Under the pieces are notes generated by a model. It had not been told where the DNA came from. It did not search any database and saw only the letters and a program-made list of their open reading frames with translations. From Isurus oxyrinchus (lineage: Eukaryota), in assembly GCA_026770705.1 (NCBI GenBank), contig JANJGN010000042.1, forward strand, positions 1,054,001 to 1,118,000: a DNA stretch of 64,000 nucleotides. The letters are read 5' to 3'. Shown one piece after another: positions 10,197 through 23,242 of this stretch (position 1 is the first letter of the stretch; each line of letters opens with the position of its first letter). A program made the position numbers and the translations under genes.

Positions 10197-11884
10197 GTGT
10201 TGAATGAATACTTCTCATGCGTCTTCACAGAAGAGAATGAGGATGAAAAGTTCGAACTATTGGAGAGAGATTGCGAGGTTGTTAAGCAAATTGACATTGG
10301 GACTGACAAGATATTGGAGTTGTTGGCAGGCTTAGAGGTGGACAAACCTCCAGGTCCAGATGATTTATGTCCCAAACTGCTGAGGGGGGCAGGTATCTGG
10401 CCCAAATTTTTAATTCCCCTATGGCCATCGGGGATGTGCCTGAGGACTGGAGAACAGCGAATTTGGTTCCGCTATTGAAGAAGGGGTATGGAGATAAGCC
10501 AGAAACCTACACACCAGTGAGTCTCACATCAGTGGTAGGGAAACTATTGGAGAAAATTCTGAAGGATAGAACCGACCTACATTTGGAGAGGCAAGGCTTG
10601 AACAGGGATATTCAGCATGGCTTTGTCAGAGGGAGGCCATGCCTAACAAATTTGCTTCACTTTTTTGAGAAGGGGACCAGGCGGGTAGATGAGGGTACTG
10701 CTGTTGATGTAGTTTATGTGGATTTCAGCAAATCCTTTGATTAGTTCCCACATGGGAGACTTATACAGAGGGCAAATGCGCATGGGATACAGGGTAATTT
10801 ATAAGGTGGATTCAAAATTCGCTTAGTTGTCTGAGACAGAGGGTGATGACACAGGGATGCTTTAGTGACTGGAAACCAGCGTCCATTGGCGTACCACAGG
10901 GATGTGTGCTGGGTCCCCTTTTATTCATCATTCATATAAACGGCATATAAGACTATGTGGGGGGTAGGATTAGTGAGTTTTCGGATGGCACAAAGATTTC
11001 CCAGATGTTTAACAGTGAGGTAGGGTGTCTTGGGTAACAGGAATATATGTAAAGGATGGTCAAATGGGCAGATAAGTGGTGGATGGGATTTAACCCTGAA
11101 AAGTATGAGGTGATACGCTTTGGAAGGAGTAATTTGACAAGGAAGAATTCAAATGAAAGGCACGACAGGAGGAAGTTCTGAGGAACAAAGGGGCCTTGGC
11201 GTGTGTGTCCCTAGATGTCTGAAGGCGGAGCGTCATGTTCGTCGGGTGGTGAAAAAAGCATATAAGACACTTGCCTTTATCAATCGAGGCCTAGATTACA
11301 AAACTAGGGAGGACATCTTGGAGAAGTATAGAACCTTGGTGAGGCCACAGCTGGAGTAACATGTGCAGTTCTGGTCTCTCCATGATTGCAGTGGAGGAGG
11401 TGCAGAGGAGATTCACCAGGATGATGCCTAGGATGAAACATTTAAGTTATGAAGAGAGGTTGTATGGACTGGGTTTGTGGTCGTTGGAGCAGCGAACATT
11501 GAGGGGCGTTCTGATCGAGGTGTACAAGATTATGAGGTGCATATACAGGGTGGATAGGGAACAGCTGTTCTCCTTAGTTGAAGGGTCAGTCACGAAGGGA
11601 CATAAGTTCATGGTGAGGGGCAGGAGGCTTAGGTGGGATGTGAGGAAAAACATTTTTACCCAGAGGGTTTTGACATTCTGGAATGCGCTGAATTGGAGGG
11701 TGGTGGAGGCAGGTTGCCTCACATCCTTTAAAAAGTTCCTGGATGAGCACTTGGCACATCATAACATTTAAGATTATGGGACATGTGCTGGTGAATTGGA
11801 TTAGGTAGGTAGATCTCACGTGTCGGTGCAGACTCGATGGGCCAAAGGGCCCCTTCTGCACTGTGTGATTCAGTGATTCTCTGA
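10197..11884 (+). mobile_element. 5'-truncated CR1 LINE (RT remnant, frameshifted)
   Basis: Motifs PGPD, PEDWRTANLVPLLKKG, PVSLTSVVGKLLE, QHGFVRGRPCLTNL, VDVVYVDFSKSFD, LVRPQLE. 3' microsatellite tail (TGTGATTC)n-like. AAAT target-site duplication at 10193-10196 / 11885-11888. Confidence 0.9.
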
Positions 11885-12068
11885 AAATCAGGAACCAAAA
11901 CTACAGACAGTGCTCCAGGTGCGGCCTCAACAAGGCCCTCCACATTTGTAAAAATACTTCCTGTTTTTACACTTTAACTCCCTAGCAATACAGACCAAAA
12001 TCCATTTGCCTTATTAATCACCTGTTGCACCTGTTTGATAACTTTGTTTTTGTGCTTCATGTGCAATG

Positions 12069-13448
12069 TTGTTCCACCGGTGAGTGGTATGGAAATTATT
12101 GGAGAAGATTCTTTGTGACAGGATGTACTAGCATTTGGATGCAAATGGGTGTATTAGTGAGAGGCAGCATGGTTTTTGAAGGAAAGGTCGTGGTCTCACT
12201 AACTTGACCGAGTTTCCGAGGAAGTGACAAAGATGATCGACGATGGAAGGGCGGTGGATTCTATCTACATAGATTTCAGTAAGGCCTTTGACAATGTCCC
12301 TCATTGCAGACTGGCACAGAAGGTAAAGTCGCACAGCATCAGATGTGAGTTGGTAAGATGGATGCAGAATTGCCTTGGTCATAGAAGACAAAGGGTAGCA
12401 GTGGAAGGTTGCTTTTCTGAATGGAGAGGTGTGATCGGTGGATTTCCACAGTGATCAGTGATGGGACATTGGTTGTTTGTAGGATATGTAAATAATTTGG
12501 AAGAAAATGTTACTGGGTTAATCAGTAAGTTTGCAGACGACACTAATTTTGGAGGAGTTGCAGATAGTGAAGAGGATTGTCAAAGGATACAATGGGATAT
12601 AGATAGGTTGGAGACTTGGGCGGAGAAATGGCACATGGAGTTTAATCCCGACAAATGGGAGGTATTGCCTTTTGGAAAGTCTAATACAGGTAGGAATTAT
12701 ACAGTAAATGTCAGAAACTTTGAGTGAATCGACGGGCAAAGGGATCTGGGTGTACAGATCCACAGGCCACTGAAAGTGGCAACACAGTTGGATAACATAG
12801 TCATGAAGGCATATGGCATGCTTGCCTTCATCAGCAGGGTTATTGAATCTTAAAGCCTGGAAGTCATGCTGCAGCTGTATAGAACCTTGGTTAGGCCAGA
12901 CTGGGATTATTGCTTGAAGTTCTCGTCACCACATTACTAGAAGGATATGGAGGCGTTGGAGAGGGTGCAGAGGAGGTTTTGCAGGATGCTGCTGGTCTGT
13001 AGGTTATTGTATATGAAGAGAGGTTGGAGAAACTCGGATTGTTCTCATTAGAGCAACAGAGATTGAGAGGCGACTTGATAGAAGTTTACAAAATTATGAG
13101 TGGCATGAACAGAGTAGATAGAAGCTTTTTTTCCCAGGGTGGAAGAGTCAATTACTAGGGGACATATATTGAAGGTGAGAGGAGAAAACTTAATAGGAGA
13201 TGAGCAGGGCAAGCTTTTTACCCAGAGGGTAGTGAGTGTCTGGAATTTGCTGCCAGAGGAGGTGGTGGAAGCAGGTACGATAGTGGTGTTTAAGAGGCAG
13301 CTTGACAAATACATGAATAGGATGGGAATAGAGGGATATGGACCCCGGAGTTGTACAATGTTTTAGTCTGACAAGCAGTATGATCGGCGCAAGCTTGGAG
13401 TGCCGAAGGTCCTGTTCCTGTGCTGTACTTTTCTTTGTTATTGGTTCT
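12069..13448 (+). mobile_element. 5'-truncated CR1 LINE (RT remnant)
   Basis: Motifs VDSIYIDFSKAFDNVPH, ISKFADDT, WAEKWHMEFNPDK, FTQRVVSVWNLLPEEVVEA. (TTCTTTG)-like tail. Confidence 0.88.
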
Positions 13449-15183
13449 ATAACTACCAGATCCGTCTCTGCTGCACGTTTTTGGAGCATCTCTCAATTTA
13501 AATAATAGTCTGACTTTTGCTTCTTCCTACCATAGTGCATAACCTCGCACTTTTCTGCAGTAAGCTATATCTGCAAGTTTTTCCCACTTACTCAACCCAT
13601 CTATATTCCCTTGCCAATTGATTATGCGTTCATCACAACATGCCCTCCCACCTATTTTATATTGTCTGCAAATTTGGATATATCACACTCTGCCCCGACT
13701 CCAAGTAATTAATATTGATAGTAAATAATTGAGGCCCTTGGACTGAACTTTGTGGTTTTTCCACCTGAAAAAAAACATTAAATACCGATTCCTTATCTTC
13801 CCTGTGATAGTCAATCCTTAATCCATGCTAATGCATTACCCGCAATACGTGAGCTCCTGGCTTGTGCGTCTGTTTTGTTATGCGGTATAAATATGTCATT
13901 TCCCCTGAGAGTAAAAAATTTCTTGCGAACTATCCTGATGAGTGCAAGACGAAAATCATCGACAGAAAAATCCTTTTTTCAGCAATATTTGAATTGTTAT
14001 TCAAGACCTGACTTCCTTTATGACAATATTCCCATTCTCATGTGTTGCTTGTAACAGGCTGAGTGGGAGCAGATATGGAGCTGACTGCAAGAATGTTGGG
14101 TGGCATCCTGTTTTTCATTCTGCTGGCCAGCAGATATAAGGGGTCCATTAATATTTAATTTAACACCACTGCAGCCACCTCCATACCTGCTCCCAGGCAG
14201 CTTTCATAAGCAGAAATATAACATGCAAGCAATAATGGTGCATTAGTTTCATACCTGCTCCGACTGATCCCTTTCTACCAATGTACTTCTTTTAAAATAG
14301 CTTGAGGAAAGTTCCAATTTCCATAGCTACCTGCAACAGGCATTGGTGATAAATCATTAAAATAAATTTCAAATGCGTACTACCGGTTTGTGGATTCCAT
14401 CCTGAGCAGTCTCCACGCCCGCTAATATCGGCCCTAAATAAATAAATAAACAGCTTTCTAAGTTCACAGCCAAATTTCCATTATTACAGGGTCGGGTTGG
14501 ATGAAGGACATGGACTTTTGCCGAGCCCTTGGAAGCGAAATGCAACTTCCTGATTAGAGCATAAATTGACTCCCAATAGTTGCAGTTCAGTTCCCTCCCG
14601 CTTAAGCGGTGACCTTCTCATATGTGCGCCGATATGACGGAAGGAAATTCCAGGCAATTGTATTGTATTATGTGAACGGGTCGGTAAAGCTTCAATTGCT
14701 GTTATTAAGATAATAATAATATTGATAATCTCTAATCTGTCTGCCATTTGTGTTGCACCCGGTGCAGACTAGGGCCGTGAGTCATTCATATTATCTTAAG
14801 AATCTGGCCTCTATTTTAGGTAAGATTTCAGGTGGTGTCACATTCCATTGCATTGCTACGATAATAATAGAAATGACAATTAACAAAGCGCAAATATTCC
14901 AATAAATAATTGAGGAAAAAGTTGAATTTCTATTGTGTCTTCCAGGTCCTCAGAACACCACATAGCGCCTTACAAACTATGAGATTATTTTTGAAGCGCA
15001 GGCACCATTGTCCTGTAAGAAACCCGGCAGTTAATTTGCTCATACCAAACTCCTATAATGAGCCTGTGACTGCAATATCTGATTTAGATTTTGGCCAAGG
15101 GATGAATACTGGTGGAGATATGTTGGAAACGATTTATCGTACTTTTAGTAAAGAACTAAGATGTTTTTTTTTTCTAATTTTAG

Positions 15184-15498
15184 GGCCGACTCCTCCAATA
15201 ATAAGTCTCTTCTACCTCGAAAATTCCGAACTGAGAGCAAAGGGTTTTGTGCAGCTGCTTTGCCTCATCAGGGAGTACAAGCCAGAAAGCATTGGGGTGA
15301 CCTGGCAAAAGAACGGAAATAGCATAGACTCTGGCTTTACCACTACGCCCCCAGCTAAATCATCGAAAGGAGACTTCAGCTCCACGAGCTTCCTGAATGT
15401 GCCTCTTCGGGAATGGAGCAGCGGTTCCGTGTACAGATGCCAAGTGACCCATTCCGCAACCAACAGTAACAAGCAGAAAGAAATTCGATCAACGTCAG
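15184..15498 (+). CDS. IgNAR: IgNAR constant domain C1 exon
   Basis: Acceptor TTTTTTCTAATTTTAG|. Encodes (G)PTPPIISLFY...VQLLCLIREYKPESIGVTWQKNG...DFSSTSFLNVPLREWSSGSVYRCQVTHSATNSNKQKEIRSTS. Phase-1 donor G|GTGAG. C1-set Ig motifs. Confidence 0.96.
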
Positions 15499-15934
15499 GT
15501 GAGGAAATGGAACCAGTTCATACGGTTTGCAGATGTCAAACATGGTTACTTTATTAGCATCTGATTAATTGGGATTGTTATTGCAATAATTTATCATTTC
15601 GGATTCAAGGTCCTGGAACAGGCAACACTGAGTGTGATCAGTGACAGAGCAAGATGCAGTGAAACACTACAATAAAATTTGCTGGAAGATTTCAGCAGCA
15701 TTGACCAATGCATTTGATGGTGCTCTTTCAAAAAGGTAGTGAGTGTCATGAACGGCCAAATGGTCTCCTGCTGCTCTCTCGCATTCTGTATTGCACCGGC
15801 AATGCCTGAAGTTCAGGATGGTGCTCATAGTCGGGCGAATTTTGCAAAATTCTTTTCCATGGCGCCTTCTGATGAATGTTATGCTCTGGTTAATGTGCAC
15901 ATTGAGCATAATCTTGCTTTGAGCATTGAGCATA

Positions 15935-17195
15935 TTGACTTCTTTGAAAATGTGACAAGCAAAGTGGGCAATGGTGATCCTGAAGATGTAATATATCTGG
16001 ACTTCCAGAAGGCCTTTCTTAAGGTGCCACACAAAAGATTAATACACAAAATAAGATTACACGGTGTTAGGGGTAACACATTAGCTTGGATAGAGGATTG
16101 GCATAACCAACAGAAAGCAGAGATTCGGGATAAATGGGTCTTTTTCTGGATAGCAAGCTGTAACAACTAGTGGTGTGCCCCGCGGTTCGGTCCTTGGGCC
16201 CCAACTATTTACCATCTATGTTAATAACTTGGATTCAGAGATAGGAGATACCATAACCAAATTTGCAGATGACATCAAAATAGGTGGGAAAGTAAATTGC
16301 AATGAAAAAGAAATAAATTTACAAATTGATATGGACAGGTTAGGTGAATAGGCCGAGATTTTGCAGAGGGAGTTTAACGTGGATAAGTGTGAGGTTATCC
16401 ATTTTGGTCGAAAGAATAAAAAGGCTACTTATTGTTTAAATGGAGAGAAACTTCAGAATCCTTCAGTGCAGAGGGATCTGGATATCCTTGTGCATGAATC
16501 GCTGAAAGGTAGCATGCAGGTACAGCAGGTAATAAGGAAGGCAAATGGAATTTTGGCATTTATTGCTCAAAGCATAGAATATAAAAATAGGGAAGTGTTT
16601 GTTGCAAGTAGGCAAGGCATTGGTGAGACTGCACCTGGGGTATGGTGCACAGATTCACCCTTACTTGAGGAAGGATATAGCTGCACTGGATGTGGTTCAG
16701 AGGAGGTTCACTCGATTGATTCCAGCGATGCGAGGCTTGTCTTAAGAGGAGAGATTGAGCATTTTAGGCCTATACTCGCTAGAGTTTAGAAGGATGACAG
16801 GAGATCTAATTGAGGTATATAAGATGCTAAAGGGGATAGACAAAGTAGACATGGAGCGGATGTTTCTCTTTCTGGGGCTTTCTAGAACAGGAGACCATAG
16901 CTTTTGTCTAACGGGTGGTAGTGTTAAATCAGAGATGAGGAGGAATTACTTTTCTCAAAACGTCGTGAACATGTGGAATTCACCACCTCAGAGTACAGTT
17001 GATGCTGGGACGCTGAATAAATTTAAGGAGGAGATAGACAGATTTTTAATTAGTAATGGGTTTAAAGGTTATGGGGAGAGGGGGGAAATTGGAGTTGAGG
17101 CCAAAATGAGATCGGCCATGATCGTATTGAATGGCGGGGCAGGCTCGAGGGGCTGAATTGCCAACTCCTGCTCCTCGTTCTCATGTTCTTATAAC
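15935..17195 (+). mobile_element. 5'-truncated CR1 LINE in the C1-C2 intron
   Basis: Motifs DVIYLDFQKAFLKVPHKRL, KFADD, FNVDKCEVIHFG, YFSQNVVNMWNS. Tail TTCTCATGTTCTTAT. Confidence 0.88.
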
Positions 17196-18307
17196 CTATT
17201 TTGATATTATGATAAAAAAAAATGTTGACACACCCTACCCACTGAATTCACCAAATTTCTGCAGGCAAAATAGAACAGAGAATTACAGCAAATGGATATA
17301 TTTTCAACACAATCTGTCAAACTGTAAAGCCTCATTCAGATAATCGTTCCAATTGTCAGAGTGGATTCTATTTGCTGCTGAGTATCGGTACCAAAATGTG
17401 CATGTAAGATGAAACGGAAGAATGGAGCAGAGAGAAAGCAAGGGCAGAGAAATAGACAATGGAATTAACCTGTCACTGGCAGGAAGTTCCGGATCAGTAG
17501 ACCCCAGCACTGCCAGCCACAGAATCGGGGTGAGGTGTGGGGGCTGGGCAAGGTTTTTGGGGGGGTGCAGAGCAGGGGAGGTTGGTGGTTGGATCACATC
17601 CCCGCCAATCGCAGCAGCCCCTGAATCAGGAGTAATAATTGGCTTGATCCGGACTTGTGTCTCGAACTCAGGTGGATGTTCCAACTCAGGGACCTGCTAG
17701 CCAAACTGACTGGCTGGCAGCGCTATTTACCCAGCAACACCAGCGGCAGCAGTGGGCAGGTCTGGGGACACAACAAGTCCACTGCGTCTGAATCTCGGAT
17801 TCCAGGGTCATGTAAGTGTTGGGTGTTTCAAGGCTGACAAGGGAGATGATGCCGGGTGTGTGCAGATATGATTAAGTAGTCCTTATGGAGAGGCTGGGGT
17901 GGAAGGAAGCGAGCATCCGCGGTTGGAAGTCTTTGGGAGGGCGTCCGATGTAGAAAGGGCATGTTGGTGCTAGGAAAGTGTGATGGAGGGTAATGTCCTT
18001 GGGACGTGTCGTCCAATGTAGAAAAGGGGTGACCCAGGCCACACCTGAGGAATGGTGGAAGGGGTTTTGCCTGCTGGGGGTGACTCACAGCGCAGCACCC
18101 CCTTCATGATCATGGGTCCCTCCACCAGGCACTGAGAGCCTTGAAGGCGACCTTCCTCCTTACAGGTTAAAACGTCCTGCATGCCACGTGTTGACATGTC
18201 TGCCCACAGATTGTCACTGATATAAAAATTATTGTTAATAAGTAGAATTGTCAGCATTAAAGCCTCCTCGTGATTTTATTTTTTTTGTTTTTGTTGCTCA
18301 CTTGTAG

Positions 18308-18613
18308 ATATCACAGTACTTCTCAGAGATCCCACAGTTGAAGATATTTGGATCAATAAAACTGCCATCCTAGTGTGTGAAGTGGTGTCCACAGCTCCCA
18401 ATGAGGTTGTGATCTCCTGGAAGGTGAATGGAAAGGTGAGGGCTGAAGGTGTTCAAATCGAAACCGGTACCCAAGATGGTAACCAGTACCTGACCATCAG
18501 CCGCTTGACAAGCAGCGTGGAAGAGTGGGAGAGCGGGGCTGAATACTCATGTTCAGCACAGGACAATCTATCATCGACTCCGGTATCAAAAGGCACACGA
18601 AAGAAACAACGAG
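18308..18613 (+). CDS. IgNAR: IgNAR constant domain C2 exon
   Basis: Acceptor ...CTTGTAG|. Encodes (D)ITVLLRDPTVEDIWINKTAILVCEVVST...SWKVNG...EEWESGAEYSCSAQD...TRKKQR. Donor G|GTAAG. Confidence 0.96.
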
Positions 18614-18700
18614 GTAAGCTTATACATGCCTACATATATATATATACGTTTACCAATGGCAATGAAGTTAAGACTAACAGTGGTTGAACTTTTGTTACAG

Positions 18701-19018
18701 TCGAGCCAGTGGAGCCAAAGCTCCGGCTCTTGCCTCCATCACCAGAAGAAATTCAAAGCACCAAAGCCGCAACCCTCACTTGTTTGATAAGAGGATTCTA
18801 CCCGGACAAAATAATAATTTCCTGGCAGAAGAACGGAGCTGCTTTGAGGTCGAACATCAGCAGTTTCCCCACGGCCCTTGAACAGGACCAGACCTTCAGT
18901 TCAAAGAGCCTCCTCATTTTACCTGAAGCGGAATGGAAGTCAGGAGCAAGATACACCTGTGCCGCCTCACACCCACCTACACAATCCACAGAAAATATGA
19001 CCATCAGCAACACGAAAG
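18701..19018 (+). CDS. IgNAR: IgNAR constant domain C3 exon
   Basis: 87-bp intron from C2 and acceptor TTTTGTTACAG|. Encodes (V)EPVEPKLRLLPPSPEEIQSTKAATLTCLIRGFYPD...EWKSGARYTCAASHPP...ISNTK. Donor G|GTAAA. Confidence 0.96.
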
Positions 19019-20370
19019 GTAAAAACAGTTTCTCAGATTGCATTTCCACATTCAAGGTTTGTACTTAAATTGACAGCAACACCGAAGAACCACCACACTA
19101 GCAAGTACATTCCTCCAGGTTGCAGGGACTAAATAACGTATGGGAACCAATTAATGTGGCCTGATCTCCCAGACAGCACAGAGATGGTACAGTGCTCAGC
19201 ACTCAATATGTCCGCCTCCACAAGCAATTTGAGAATCCAGTGATGATAAGGGGAAGGATAAGAATGTCTGAGACTTAACTTCTCAGTTTTCTGGAAATGA
19301 GCGCTTTATTTAGATGGTGCTAAGCACACCTTAAGGGACACTCTGTTCCACAAAGTGGGGTTAAGACTTTGCGCGGTCCACTTCCCTGTTTCATTTCTTT
19401 TTTAGAAAACTACAACAGTGACTGCTTTTCAGCAGTGAGTTCAGAACCAGAAGCAGCCAGTCACCAGGGAGTTGAACAATCGAAGCCGTTTTGTATGTTT
19501 CTAGTCTTGAAAGCTACTGCAACAAATGCATTAGAGGTCACAGGCCTGGGCAAATAACGTCCTCATGGACTGAACCTAATGAAGTGACAATTTATTTTGA
19601 TCAATTTAATCTCCTCTGATCAACATTTTCATTTCCGGCGGTGTAGTATTTTTTAAGTGAAGGCTAAAAAAACCCTGCACAATAATTGCCCAGCGCCTCA
19701 GTGATTGGCTGGGAATTCTCAGATTTCCCAGGAAGCTGGAGGTACTTTGCTGAGTTCGTTGATATTGACCTTTGGTGTCTGGTAATTGGCCTCGGTATCT
19801 CTTCGTTTGTGCAGTAGGAATGGTCATTGGTTTGATTCCCAATCTACGGTAGCTACCGATGTGCCAGTTTGGAATGAATGTTAAAATTGGATGCGATGCA
19901 TTCAGGGCATAATAAATTGCTGATATTTTCTGCCTATGTGGGTTCATTGGGAACAACCATTAGCTGAGGTTCGAGAGGTGATGAACAGAACTCAATAGTG
20001 AGCAGTGGCAATAACAGGGCAAATACTTCGACTGACGGAGCCCCAGACTCTTAAAGCTCGAGCTCCATCTGATCGCTGAGCACCTATGCACTGTAATGTG
20101 AACCAACTCATAATAATGTTCCCTCAATGAGGCTGTTTTTCATCACTGGGTTAACCACACTGAACCGGTGACTCTTGGAAGGTACAGTGGTCCGGGCGTA
20201 TCTGGTAACAGGTGAGGGACCCTTTCTTTGCTCCTCCTACGGCCTGAGTGGCCATCGTCGGAGTCGACATGTTTGGACATCTGCTGATGGCAAGAGTCGA
20301 CTGGGCTGTGATGCATTCTCGGTAAAATAGGCTGCTGATGCACTCTGTCCCTGCTGACCCACTCATAACG

Positions 20371-20760
20371 GGATGTGGTCTGCGCTGGCTGGGCCAGCAC
20401 TTACTTCCCATCCCTAGTGGCCCGTGAGAAGGTGGTGGTGAGCTGCATTCTTGAACCGCTCCAGTCCACGTGGTGTAGGTTTACCCGCAGCGCTGTTAGG
20501 AAGGGAGCTTCAGGATTTTTATCAGACAACAATGAAGGGAAGGCAATATATTTCCAAGACACAATCCTGAGTTGGAAATATATTTGTCGTTTGCTTCACT
20601 GCCGCTGGTCAAAATCCAGGAACACCCTTCCTAACAGCATTGTGGGTGTACCAATAAAACATAGACTGCAGTGGTTCAAGAAGGCAGCTCACCACCATCT
20701 TCTCGAGCGCAGTTATGGATGGGCAACAAGTGCTGGCCCGGCCAGCGAGGCCCACATTCT
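20371..20760. repeat. ~390-bp imperfect palindrome formed by two oppositely oriented retroelement 3' ends
   Basis: 20371-20557 is the reverse complement of 20572-20760 (for example CGCTGGCTGGGCCAGCACTT / AAGTGCTGGCCCGGCCAGCG, and AATATATTTCCAA / TTGGAAATATATT). The loop is 14 nt. Confidence 0.85.
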
Positions 20761-21269
20761 CTGCATGATAAACAATCGACATTTGACAGAGATACTCAAA
20801 GTGACCTTCCCTGTTAGATCTTATACCAGAAAATAATGTTTATGTGATACAGTTAAATGTCTCATGTTGGTTCAAATAGTTACAAGGAAACCGTTAGAAA
20901 ATAATCTAAAACATCCCATTTTCTTTGCTGGAAGGATGATCTGAGCTTTGCAATGTTGAAATCTGCCCCTTTAAAACTTGGGGACATTTTTTGTCAATTG
21001 GTTGCAAAATTCCTTCTCGTTGCCACGTTTTATCCTGTTTAAACTCATTGAGATGGCTCGTTTTATTACACTGTCATTATTATTTTATAAAATTTCCTCA
21101 TTCCCTCCAAATATTTTCTTTTGCTGCCAAATGAGGAGAGACAATATAAACTAAAGGCTGCAATTCCGAACGCGTTGCAAGTACAGGGATACGTGGCCTT
21201 ATACCTGTACAAATCATTGATGAGCGTGGGGAAGCTGGAGATAATGGTTAAACAATGAGAACCAGGGCT

Positions 21270-21700
21270 GTACAAACAGAGGCAGAGAGTTCCAAAACAA
21301 GGAGATTATGTTCAAGCTTTATTCCAGTTTAGGTCAAATCAGTATTTTATAATGTGTCCATTTCTGGGCACCACAAGTTAGCAAGAATATGAAAAGTTTC
21401 GAGAGACTGCAGAAAGGGATTGTGAGAATTATTCCAGGGTTACGGGAATCAGTTACGTAAGGAAGGGCTGTTCTCTTTGGATAAGAGGAGGTTGAGAGGA
21501 GATTTGTTAAGTGATTGATTGCCAACAGGCAAGTAAGTGGTCACATCTGACAGTCTGGATAAATGTTGGTCTTTCAGGGAATCAAGGAATATGTGCAGTG
21601 GGTGGGGAGCTGGAGATAGAGGCGAAGGTCATGCTTGTAATGAATGGCCGGCGAGCCTTCAGGGATCGAATGGCCTGCTGCGGCTCCGATTTCTTACGTT
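21270..21700 (+). mobile_element. Short degenerate CR1 3' fragment
   Basis: Remnant of the YCVQFWAP / ERVQRR region (TGTGTCCATTTCTGGGCACCA) and a CR1 3' UTR-like end. Confidence 0.55.
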
Positions 21701-22477
21701 TTTATTTCCCTGACCAGAAGCAGAATTTTATTTTTTTTAAAACTACCCCACCGCCTCCCTCCCCCGCCCCATTTTTGTTGGTAAACCTGTTATTGCTCTC
21801 AGTGCACGGATAGTATAGAAGGCCTGTCCATTGTTACTAATTTAAAATTTGTGTACTTCTGGGTCAGGTATATCATGGTAAACCTACACATTTCCTCACT
21901 TTACATTCTGCAAAACAATTGCTTAAACTCAAAATTCCAGCGGCAGTCCTTCCAAACTGGATGATATTTCACTCTCTCTAAAACATTAGACTCTCCAATT
22001 GAGTGAGTGAACTTGGTGTCAAATCATGCAGAACGTCTATAAAGTTTTGCTCAGGGCACGCGTCCGCCCTTTGATCAGTCCTGGGAAAATTAACTAAACA
22101 TTGGGTCATAAATAGAGGGAACTTTTAATTACGTTACATGAGTGGGAAAAGAATCGGGCACCTACAGGCCACTAGACAGCGTTCGACCTCCAGAATCAGC
22201 GCAAATACAATCAAATATTCAGTCCCTGTCAGAGTAATCGGCGAGCCTGGAAAGAATTGCAGTGAATATTATTCAGAACATGATCCATGGAAGCCATAGG
22301 AATGAAAACAATAAGTCTAGGAGAGCGCAGCATCATGTTATCTCAACCAGCAACAGGATAATAACAACTCAATCACTTTTCAGTAAGTACTGGTTCACAT
22401 TTTCTAGCATTCTGCAGTGTTTGTCGTCCGTGATTTCAACATGAGAGTTTGAAACAACCGTTCGCTTTTCTTTCCAG

Positions 22478-22798
22478 CTGATTGCCCTGAGTCAGACATT
22501 TCTGTCAATATATTGAACCCTCCGTTTGAAGAGATATGGGTTCAAAAGACAGCGACCATTGCTTGTGAAATCCTTTACAGTGATTTAGAAAGCGTCAGCG
22601 TGTCCTGGCAAGTGGATGGGAGAATGAGAACGGAAGGAGTTGAGACCCAGAATCCTGAGTGGAGTGGAAGCAATTCGGCCATCGTGAGCAAACTGACGGT
22701 CACTGCGGCAGAGTGGGACAGTGGGGTGGAATATGTCTGTCTTGTAGAAGGAAGTGAATTACCAACACCAAAGAGACGCTCAACCAGGAAATTAAAGG
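22478..22798 (+). CDS. IgNAR: IgNAR constant domain C4 exon (includes the unpaired inter-chain Cys in ADCPE)
   Basis: Acceptor CTTTTCTTTCCAG|. Encodes (A)DCPESDISVNILNPPFEEIWVQKTATIACEILY...SWQVDG...EWDSGVEYVCLVEGSELPTPKRRSTRKLK. Donor G|GTAAG. Confidence 0.96.
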
Positions 22799-23242
22799 GT
22801 AAGCACAGATAACACTCGTTCAGGGACTGGTCCAATTGCCAATGGCCCCAAACGAAAATAAAAAGCAGGCCAAACGTTAAATTCTAGTATAATCAATGAA
22901 ATACAGTCCCGGGTCCAACCAGTCACCACGTTGATGAAAACTATGGTAAAGAAAATGTAAGAAATCTGAAACTGCTGCACCCCAAGTCCAACAGTGTCAG
23001 CATTTCTTTAAAATGCTTTCCCCAACGCTATGGGGAAAAAAATAGGGCCACAATGCAAACAATAAAAAGAAAAAATATGAATGAGAGCCATGTGCAAGGA
23101 AAAAGATTTTTAAACCTATGAGATAGGAAATATTCCACATTTCCAAACATATGGTACTTCTAAGAGAAGAAAATGTATAGTGAAGACCAAATAATAGACA
23201 GAGTCAGTTTAAAAAAATATTTGTATATTTCTCTCTTTACAG

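Larger units (their letters stand above)
9665..13870 (-). mobile_element. Minus-strand CR1 LINE split into three pieces (9665-10196, 11885-~12068, ~13449-13870) by two younger CR1 insertions
   Basis: Minus-strand ORFs give CR1 C-terminal motifs (SQRVVNAWNSLPQSVVEA; PPLGKSKTRGH). The sequence resumes colinearly after each insert. Confidence 0.75.

Noticed and set aside
12139-12146. Additional octamers at 12139 and 59477
   Set aside because: The first lies inside CR1 coding remnant and the second is not conserved in copy A. Both are compatible with chance.
14910-15183. N-terminal 91 aa of the 215-aa ORF preceding C1
   Set aside because: Intronic read-through. The exon begins at the polypyrimidine/AG acceptor at 15183/15184.
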